A program made the translations under genes and the position numbers. The notes beneath the pieces are model-generated. The model did no database searches and had not been told where the DNA came from. It saw only the letters and a list, made by a program, of their open reading frames with translations. Below are positions 57,196-64,000 of a stretch of 64,000 nucleotides of DNA, one piece after another. The DNA lies in contig CAWGHO010000003.1 of assembly GCA_963822445.1 (NCBI GenBank), positions 288,001 through 352,000 on the forward strand, read 5' to 3'. Origin of the DNA: an uncultured Acidobacteriota bacterium. GTDB lineage: Bacteria; Acidobacteriota; Thermoanaerobaculia; Gp7-AA8. Position 1 is the first letter of the stretch; the number at the start of each line of letters is the position of its first letter.

Positions 57196-59945
57196 CGCGT
57201 TGCTCCACGTTCGGCGTCTGGGAGTGTGATGACGAACCGGGAACCGCACTCTGCTCCACCGTAGACCTCGATGTTTCCGCCGAGCGTCTGCAGCTGAGCC
57301 CGCGCCAGCCACAGTCCCAACCCATTTCCCCTCGGTTTCGTGGTGAAGTCTGCGTCGAAGATTCGCCGCAGGTGCTCAGGTTTGATTCCGATTCCGTTGT
57401 CCTCGACAGATACCTCAGCCATTCCATGACTCCCTACGGCAGTGCTGATGCGAACGACGCCGGGCCTCGTGCCATCCAAAGCCTGAAAGGCATTGAGAAC
57501 GACATTGCGGATGATCTGTTTGAAGGGCGCCGGGTAAATGCCTCGAACGATCGGGCGCTCGCTCAGGGCAAGCTCGAGCCTTCCGTCATAGCGATCGAGT
57601 GTCGGAGTGAGCTCGCGGATCGTCTCCGTAATCACTTCATTGAGCTCGGATGGTTCCTTGTCGCGCACTCGTCCGGAAGAAAACCCGGCGATCCCGTTCG
57701 CAAAATCGGTTGCCTGCTCCGCGACGTTCTCGAGCCGCGAAAGCATTTGCACCACGTGCATGTTAGGGTCGCGGAGCTCCGCGCGGATCGCGGCGACTGT
57801 TACCGGGATGATGCCGATGGTGTTGTTGATCTCGTGCGCGACCGCCGCGACCATCGTCGATAGAGCTGCATTTCGTTCGGCTATCGCGAGACGCTCGTTC
57901 TGGTGCTCGTAAATCTGCGCGTTGTCGATGGCCACGGCTACGTGATCGGCGAACGTGCTGAAAAGCGCGAGATCGCTGTCCGCTTGCCCGCTCTGCACGC
58001 CGGTTCTCTTGATCACTTTCATCACGCCTATGACGCGGTGTCTGGCAACGACCGGCACGATCATCAGGGAAAACATTTCCGCGGAGAGACCATGTTTGGT
58101 TCGGAGGAAATCAAGCACGATCTTGTCGTCCTTGCTGTTCACGACCTCCGCGGCCGGCAGCAGGAGGGGATTTTGGCTCTCAGCGACCGTGCCAGTGAGG
58201 GCCTCTCCAATGCGATAAGACGCGCGCTCCACCAGCGACCGCGGGATGCCGAACGACTCCTTCAATACAAGTCGGTCGCCGTCGAGCAGGAAGAGTAAAC
58301 AGATATCCGCCTGCATCACTTCGGCGGCTTTTCCGATCGTGAGCTTCAGCAGTTCATCGATGTCAGTTTCGGAGTTGATGATGTGCGCGACTTCGCTGAG
58401 AGTTCGGGTCTGCTCGACCTGCCGGTTTTTGTCGTGCAGCAACTCTGAATTCTGAATGGCAATGCCAAGATGATTGGCCGCTATCTCCAGAACGACGAGG
58501 TCATCGCGTACGAAGCCGCGCTCCAGGAGCGCTTGGCGGTCTGTCATCGCGGTGGCACGGTCGTAATAAATCGACTTCTTGTTAATCGCGCGCAACACTC
58601 CGCGAACGTGGCCGCCGATGCGGATCGGCACTCCGAGATAGTGATCGACTCTGGCCGATGGAATGTGCCTCATCGAGACATGACGGCCTTCGTGATCGAA
58701 ACGCGTATCGTCATGCGCCCGTGAGATCGGAGTATGAGTCAATTCGGGCAGTAGCACCGACTTCGCGCTAGTGAATACATAGCCGGTCAGACTCTGGCCG
58801 GGTGCATATCCTTCTTCGAGTCCGGTAATGGTTTCGCCGCTCAGATCGACGACCTTCCGGAGAACTCCGTCTTCAAGGTCATATAGGAACACCGAGACGA
58901 CTTCGGCACCGATGATTCCCGCTATGCGGCGCGCCACGATCTCGCACAAGCTCGTGACGTCGCTGAGCTCCAGCCCATTGCTGATCGAAGCGAGCATCCA
59001 CGCGAGCGCGTCGTAGCGAGACTGAAGTTCCTCGCGCCTGTGGTGGAGCCAATGCTTTGAAATCGCCAGCGCCGCCTGATCGACGAATTCGCTGATCAGT
59101 GCGCGCCGTTCTTCGCTGAAGTAATTCGCGAGCTCGCTGCTGACATTCAGCGCGGCATCGACGCTCTGGCCGTAGAGACCAGTCCGGATCGGAACGATGT
59201 ACGCCGCACGCGCCGTTTCGAAATAGGCCCCCCCGCTGTCCATCGCTGGGTCGCGCATCTGTCTGAACTCGGGTAGTGCTTGCAGGTCGTCGAACAGCTC
59301 TGCTGAACCTGATTCCACGACTCTGCCGGAGAACAGCTCACCTTTCTTGCGCGGGGGTTCGAATGCGGAGCGCAGCCGGGCATCGCCGGCGTATCCGCGG
59401 AGCTGGTAATCGCCCGCCCGCGTGTCGTAGACGCGAATGTGACACGTGTAAGCACCGGCAGTGGTCCGTACAGCTTCGCAGATCTGGTCGAGAGTCCGGG
59501 TGAGTTCGTAGCCTTCATTGATGCCGCGCTGAATGTCGAGCAGCATTCGCATTTTGCGGTCGAGGGCCTGACGCTCCAGATCGGCGAACGCCTGATCGAT
59601 GGAGAATCGCAGCGACTCGGCGCCGTTGTCGGACTTCGAGAGGTACCTGAAAACGTCATAGTGATGCGCACTCTCCGCGCTAAGCGACGTCGAATGTGCC
59701 GTGAGAATGATGACCCGGTAGTTATCCGAGCGCGGACGGATGTGATCCAAGACTTCGGTTCCCGAACCAGGACCGAGAAACAAGTCAAGAATGATCACCT
59801 TGATCTGAGGATCGGAGTCGATGATCTCTATCGCTTCAGTCACCGATGTGGCGTTGACAAAGCGATAGTTGCGTTTTCGGAACATTCGAATGACGGTCTC
59901 GCGATACGCCCGATCGTCCTCAATGAAAAGGACATCTTTGCTCAT
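57192..59945 (-). CDS. Hybrid kinase REC-GAF-GAF-GAF-kinase
   Basis: MSKDVLFIEDD; three GAF-like repeats; VAHEINN; NAFQA; DNGIGI; GNGLGL. Confidence 0.92.
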   Translation of the reverse strand: MSKDVLFIEDDRAYRETVIRMFRKRNYRFVNATSVTEAIEIIDSDPQIKVIILDLFLGPGSGTEVLDHIRPRSDNYRVIILTAHSTSLSAESAHHYDVFRYLSKSDNGAESLRFSIDQAFADLERQALDRKMRMLLDIQRGINEGYELTRTLDQICEAVRTTAGAYTCHIRVYDTRAGDYQLRGYAGDARLRSAFEPPRKKGELFSGRVVESGSAELFDDLQALPEFRQMRDPAMDSGGAYFETARAAYIVPIRTGLYGQSVDAALNVSSELANYFSEERRALISEFVDQAALAISKHWLHHRREELQSRYDALAWMLASISNGLELSDVTSLCEIVARRIAGIIGAEVVSVFLYDLEDGVLRKVVDLSGETITGLEEGYAPGQSLTGYVFTSAKSVLLPELTHTPISRAHDDTRFDHEGRHVSMRHIPSARVDHYLGVPIRIGGHVRGVLRAINKKSIYYDRATAMTDRQALLERGFVRDDLVVLEIAANHLGIAIQNSELLHDKNRQVEQTRTLSEVAHIINSETDIDELLKLTIGKAAEVMQADICLLFLLDGDRLVLKESFGIPRSLVERASYRIGEALTGTVAESQNPLLLPAAEVVNSKDDKIVLDFLRTKHGLSAEMFSLMIVPVVARHRVIGVMKVIKRTGVQSGQADSDLALFSTFADHVAVAIDNAQIYEHQNERLAIAERNAALSTMVAAVAHEINNTIGIIPVTVAAIRAELRDPNMHVVQMLSRLENVAEQATDFANGIAGFSSGRVRDKEPSELNEVITETIRELTPTLDRYDGRLELALSERPIVRGIYPAPFKQIIRNVVLNAFQALDGTRPGVVRISTAVGSHGMAEVSVEDNGIGIKPEHLRRIFDADFTTKPRGNGLGLWLARAQLQTLGGNIEVYGGAECGSRFVITLPDAERGATR

Positions 59946-60883
59946 TCGAGCTCCGAGGATGTCGGGCGCGGCAGCTCGATGGTGAAATACGCACCGGCTC
60001 TCTTGCCCGATCCAACTGAGATGTTGCCGCTGTGCGCTTCGACGATGCGCCGCGCCGCAAACAGCCGCAGGCCGATGGTCCATTGATAGGTCGTAAAAAA
60101 CAGCTTGAAACATTTCTCCTCGACTGCCTCGAACATCCCGCAGCCATTGTCTCGCCAGAACAACAGGACGTCACGCGCTGTAACATGCGACGGGATATGG
60201 ATTGCCGCTCGTGCCCCCGCGAGGGCGATGGCATATTTCGAGTTCGCCAGTGGAATTTCCAACACGAACGTCATCTGATCCGGGTCCGCGACGACGAGTA
60301 TCTCGTCATCGGGCAGGACGATTGAGACGCCGATCCCTTCGATGCCCAAGGCGAATCGCGACAGCATCGATCGCATCGACACAATTTCGCGCTGGGGCGG
60401 CTCGGGATTCAGTGCGAGCTGCCGTTGTTGCAACCGCCCGATAGCTTTGCGCGTTGCGGCGCGAATCGCCTCGCACACCTTTTTGATTTCATCGCTCGGG
60501 GGGCCGTTCAGTTCCAGAGTCTCGACCCATCCGCGAATGATCCCGATGGTATGTTTCAAGTCATGCGCGAAAAGAGAAGCAAACCCGGACACCATTCTCA
60601 GAGCCAGCGCATCCGCCTCAGCGCGCACCTTCGCCGGCCGCAAGCGGACGAGGCGTCTCTGTAGAGCAACGAAACTTAGGAACTGCCCTCGTATCATGTC
60701 GATGCGGAAGTATGATAGAGCCCTCAGCTTTGAGAAGGCAGAAGACTTCACAGCGCTATTCCTCTCGACGCGTTCCCCAGCGCGCGGGCTCTTCCAAGTC
60801 GGTCGCCAATATTGGCGGATCAACGCGAGAGCTATCTCGATCCCGCGTCGGCAACGAGACATGACCTGGCGATGCTCGCGCAC
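59942..60883 (-). CDS. Sensor-less, partly degenerate histidine kinase (possible pseudogene)
   Basis: FAHDLKH and DNGCGM present; N and G2 boxes altered; start uncertain. Confidence 0.6.
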   Translation of the reverse strand: MREHRQVMSRCRRGIEIALALIRQYWRPTWKSPRAGERVERNSAVKSSAFSKLRALSYFRIDMIRGQFLSFVALQRRLVRLRPAKVRAEADALALRMVSGFASLFAHDLKHTIGIIRGWVETLELNGPPSDEIKKVCEAIRAATRKAIGRLQQRQLALNPEPPQREIVSMRSMLSRFALGIEGIGVSIVLPDDEILVVADPDQMTFVLEIPLANSKYAIALAGARAAIHIPSHVTARDVLLFWRDNGCGMFEAVEEKCFKLFFTTYQWTIGLRLFAARRIVEAHSGNISVGSGKRAGAYFTIELPRPTSSELE

Positions 60884-60959
60884 TCGCTACGGAAGAGCGG
60901 AGCAAGTTGCATGTTGCGCTCCGAATACTTTTCGGTTCTCTCCTCCGATGGGGTTTCTT

Positions 60960-61001
60960 TGGTAGCGCATACGGGATTCGAACCCGTGTTACCGCCGTGA
61001 G
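60960..61001 (-). repeat. Exact 42-bp copy of the tRNA-Glu 3' half (att site)
   Basis: Identical to 63338-63379. Confidence 0.97.
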
Positions 61002-61134
61002 CGGGGCAGCAGAAGAGAGCTACATCTCTCTGATTCCACGTACTTAGCGCAGTGTGATCGATTTCGTGCGTCCACGGAGATACGCCGTTTTAGGCGCCCG
61101 GGTGGCCAAGTATGGAAGTGGTTTTGAGAGTGGC
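61002..61134. repeat. att-arm-like sequence, copy A
   Basis: Shares AGCTA.ATCT, TCTGATT.CACG, GTCCACGGA, CAAGTATG..AGTGGTTTTG.GAGTGGC with 47139-47271. Confidence 0.8.
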
Positions 61135-61148
61135 GAAATCGCCGCTTT

Positions 61149-61787
61149 TCAGAGGAGAGATGGCGATGATTCGACTTTTGTTGGTGATGGCGGTGAGTTG
61201 GTTTGTTCGGCTTCACTCGCTGCCTCGAAGAGGTCAATTGCGAGACTGCTCGTTCGGTACGTAATGCGGCCGAGGACGAAGGGCTCGACGCTCGCCGCCC
61301 GGAGTTTCCAGTCGCGACGTAGGTAGACGAAGAGCCGGTGCGTGAGCAGCTCGTGCACGATGAGGTCCGTTCGAAGCACGAAGTTGCGCGGAGTCGCCTG
61401 TGACGGTGGAACGAGGGCCGCCGTCACGTAGAGATGTGCGACGCCTGCTCCCGAATGCCCGGCACCTGGCTCGATGACGATCTCGACGTCACCCACTTCG
61501 GTGCACCACACCGTGCCGTCCCGATTGGAAGCGGTCAGGTGATCGGCGACGTAACGTGCGATGTCGCGCCGCAGGCCGGCGGAGAGCGCTTCGCTGGTGC
61601 GAGGCACCGGTTTGCCGAAGCCGATCTCGAACTGCGCGGCAGGGAGACGCAGCTCCGCCTCGACGTGCCCGCGACCGACGTCGAGAAAGATCGTGCTGTC
61701 GGGGAGAGGATGGCTGAATACCTCGGGCGCTGCGAACAGCATCGAAGCAATCAGCAGCATGGCAGACCCCAGACGCATCGCCTTCAC
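61149..61787 (-). CDS. Exported hypothetical protein
   Basis: Signal peptide ending VFS-HP; coupled to the upstream gene. Confidence 0.6.
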   Translation of the reverse strand: MKAMRLGSAMLLIASMLFAAPEVFSHPLPDSTIFLDVGRGHVEAELRLPAAQFEIGFGKPVPRTSEALSAGLRRDIARYVADHLTASNRDGTVWCTEVGDVEIVIEPGAGHSGAGVAHLYVTAALVPPSQATPRNFVLRTDLIVHELLTHRLFVYLRRDWKLRAASVEPFVLGRITYRTSSLAIDLFEAASEAEQTNSPPSPTKVESSPSLL

Positions 61788-63232
61788 TCTGAGTGCCGGA
61801 CCGTGCGGCGTCGCCCGGCCGGTTCGTCGTCGTGGATCGTCAGCATGGTCGAAGCCGGACTGCCGAGCGCCGCGCCACCGGCAGCACTGCTCAGCGTGAA
61901 GACGACGGTCTCCGGGCCTTCAACCAACTGGTCGTCGAGGATCGGAATCTGAAAGCTCTTGCTGCCGCTCTCACCATCGGCCCAGGTCAGCACACCGCTC
62001 ACTGATTCGAGATCACTCCCTGCGGTTGCCGTCCCTCCGGCCACTGCGTATGCGACGCTCACCGCTCCGGTCGTGCCGCCGATGCGCTGAATCTGAATCG
62101 TCGCGACGCCGGCACTCTCGGCGACCTCGTAGCTCGTCTCCGCGAACGTGATCGTTCCAGGCTCGAGCACGAGCGTGCCGTCACCTCCGTAGTCGAGGGT
62201 CTGATCGCGCCAGATCGCGTGATAGTGAACCTGGTCGGGGATCGCCGCGGGGCCCTGCACGACGATCTCCATCCACGCACGGGGCCCGTCGATGCGGATG
62301 TACGAGCCTTGCGTCGCGAGAGTGGCGTTGCTTCCCGCCCAGCCGATATATGTGTTCTCGAGTGCGCTACTGCTCGTGTAAGCGGCGAGAAAATCCGAAG
62401 CGACGCCGCTCGGCGTGTCATTCACCCAGGCCTCCATCGCGTCGACGACGAGTGCCTGCTGCGTCGCCGACAGTGTCGAGACCTTCAGGCCGGATGGCGT
62501 CGGGAAAAGATTGTCGTCGCCTGGACCGAGCAGAACGTCGCCGAATGTACCGCTGAGCTTCGCCGCGGCGCGCTGCGTCGCATCGAGGCCGGCGATCATC
62601 GCGACCATCACGTCCACCTTCGGTTTGAGCGGCTCGTAGCTCTGACCGTTGAGCGTGAATCTCTGCGGATTCATGCCGGTGAAGTACGGCGTCGGGCTCT
62701 CGACGGAGCCGTGATAGTAGAAATTGAGCGCGTAGTGGTGTCCGCCGAGCTGGAGGATCCACTCCCCGGTCGACGAGGGCGTGCCGATGAAGGCGATGAA
62801 GTAGATCCCGCTGTTGTACGTGGAGCTCTGGCCGAGGGAGCCTAAAAAGTCGTCGGCCATACGGATGCCGTGGAAAGTGCCGTAGCCCGCACTGGAGAGC
62901 GCCGCCTGGGCGACGGCGAGCGCGGCCTCGAGCTGCGTCGCAGACAACGTGCTGAATCGCAGACCGTTGTTGCAGGCAGCAGCGCATGGAAGGTTCGACC
63001 ATTTGCTCGATGCCGTGGCGCGGTTGAAGGCGTATTGAACGCCGTTCCTCTGTGTCGCCGAGAGTGTCGCGAGGAAACTCTCGGCAGCGCTGCAGACCGC
63101 TTTGGCCGGAGCGCTGCTGCCCGCGGTGCAGTTGCTCGTCTGTGCGGTAACCGTCGTGGCGCTCAGCAGGAGCGCGAGTGCAAAAGTGCATGCGATCAAG
63201 ACCTTCGATGGCTGATTCGGCATGGTCGCCAT
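61784..63232 (-). CDS. Secreted DUF3500 plus Calx-beta domain protein
   Basis: Signal peptide; WSNLP; QLGGHHYALN; YIRIDGP...HYHAIWRD; Calx-beta GTATAGSD...IPILDDQLVEGPET. Confidence 0.85.
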   Translation of the reverse strand: MATMPNQPSKVLIACTFALALLLSATTVTAQTSNCTAGSSAPAKAVCSAAESFLATLSATQRNGVQYAFNRATASSKWSNLPCAAACNNGLRFSTLSATQLEAALAVAQAALSSAGYGTFHGIRMADDFLGSLGQSSTYNSGIYFIAFIGTPSSTGEWILQLGGHHYALNFYYHGSVESPTPYFTGMNPQRFTLNGQSYEPLKPKVDVMVAMIAGLDATQRAAAKLSGTFGDVLLGPGDDNLFPTPSGLKVSTLSATQQALVVDAMEAWVNDTPSGVASDFLAAYTSSSALENTYIGWAGSNATLATQGSYIRIDGPRAWMEIVVQGPAAIPDQVHYHAIWRDQTLDYGGDGTLVLEPGTITFAETSYEVAESAGVATIQIQRIGGTTGAVSVAYAVAGGTATAGSDLESVSGVLTWADGESGSKSFQIPILDDQLVEGPETVVFTLSSAAGGAALGSPASTMLTIHDDEPAGRRRTVRHSE

Positions 63233-63337
63233 TCTGGTCGTTCAAGAGGCGTTTCGCGGCAACCGACCTGCGACAATCCAGGAAATCGAGGCGATTCACC
63301 GCATCGTCGCGGCGGACGTGGAGCGGGGGGAAGGGTT

Positions 63338-63413
63338 TGGTAGCGCATACGGGATTCGAACCCGTGTTACCGCCGTGAGAGGGCGGCGTCCTGGACCCCT
63401 AGACGAATGCGCC
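63338..63413 (-). tRNA. tRNA-Glu, anticodon CTC
   Basis: 76 nt; anticodon arm CCGCC-CTCTCAC-GGCGG; GGTTCGAATCC T-loop; encoded CCA. Confidence 0.97.
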
Positions 63414-63457
63414 GGATCGGGTGGGACGCGGAGAGTAGCCGGGGCTTCTTCCGCGTG

Positions 63458-64000
63458 TCAAGCCGGTCTAACTCCTGCCGCCCCAGCCACATTCCCGCGT
63501 TTCAGCACCTCTTCCGCCGGCGTCGGGGTTACGCCGAACTCCCGAGCGAGATCGCTCATCTCGATCACCACGTCCTGCTGCTCCAGGCTGGCCGCGAGGT
63601 TGCCGATCAGCTGATCGATCGGCGGCGGGAGGGTGGGGATGGGCGAGCCGGGCGGGATCGATTCGGTTTCGATCGGCCGGCCGGCGATCGCGCTCGCTTT
63701 CGCGACGATGTCCGTCCACGAAAGCGCTTCCGGGCCGCCGAGGACGAGGCGGCGATTCATCGCGGCGGGATTGCCGACGGAAGCGACGGCGAACGCGGCG
63801 ACATCCTGCACGGCGATGAACGAGTGGCGGCGTTTCCCGCCCCCGACGAGCGGCACTGGTCTGCCCGCGGCGAGCGCGCTGCCGATGATCATCGGGAACC
63901 AGACGTCCATGAACACGTGCGGCGCGACGATGGTCCAGTTCATCCCGCTTTCGCGCAGATGACGTTCCGCGCGTGCCTTCGCGGCGAACAGCGGAACGGG
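63458..64000 (-). CDS. NmrA-like / atypical SDR oxidoreductase, 5' end outside the window
   Basis: WTIVAP..FMD; SFIAVQDVA; LGGPEAL. Confidence 0.8.
   Translation of the reverse strand, partial: PVPLFAAKARAERHLRESGMNWTIVAPHVFMDVWFPMIIGSALAAGRPVPLVGGGKRRHSFIAVQDVAAFAVASVGNPAAMNRRLVLGGPEALSWTDIVAKASAIAGRPIETESIPPGSPIPTLPPPIDQLIGNLAASLEQQDVVIEMSDLAREFGVTPTPAEEVLKRGNVAGAAGVRPA

Noticed and set aside
60960-61001. Extra tRNA genes here and at 47098 and 5803
   Set aside because: Only the 3' half is present; no D-arm or 5' acceptor strand.

Overview
GC-rich bacterial DNA, probably Acidobacteriota class Thermoanaerobaculia (inferred from the ECF sigma-factor type and a C-terminal RRRTVRH tail). Most of the window is accessory DNA stacked at the 3' end of a tRNA-Glu(CTC) gene (63338-63413, minus). 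Copies of the tRNA 3' end at about 60960, 47098, 5803 and 3415 decay with distance and delimit four modules, none with a recognisable integrase. (1) 3.4-5.8 kb: two ECF sigma-like genes. (2) 5.8-47.1 kb: an Afp/PVC-type extracellular contractile injection system (eCIS) with a sigma-54 activator and promoter, three candidate protease effectors sharing an N-terminal LQxxAGNxAV peptide, three fibre-like genes, a DUF4157 toxin with candidate immunity gene, and a 4.17-kb IS1-family element with passenger genes inside a glycosyltransferase pseudogene. (3) 47.1-61.0 kb: two convergent paralogous phosphorelay operons whose only outputs are REC-REC-TIR (two copies) and REC-AlbA_2 (Schlafen-like) proteins; this is the best candidate for an undescribed system. 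(4) 61.0-63.3 kb: DUF3500/Calx-beta plus an exported protein. All protein-family calls come from motif reading by eye; no database search was run.
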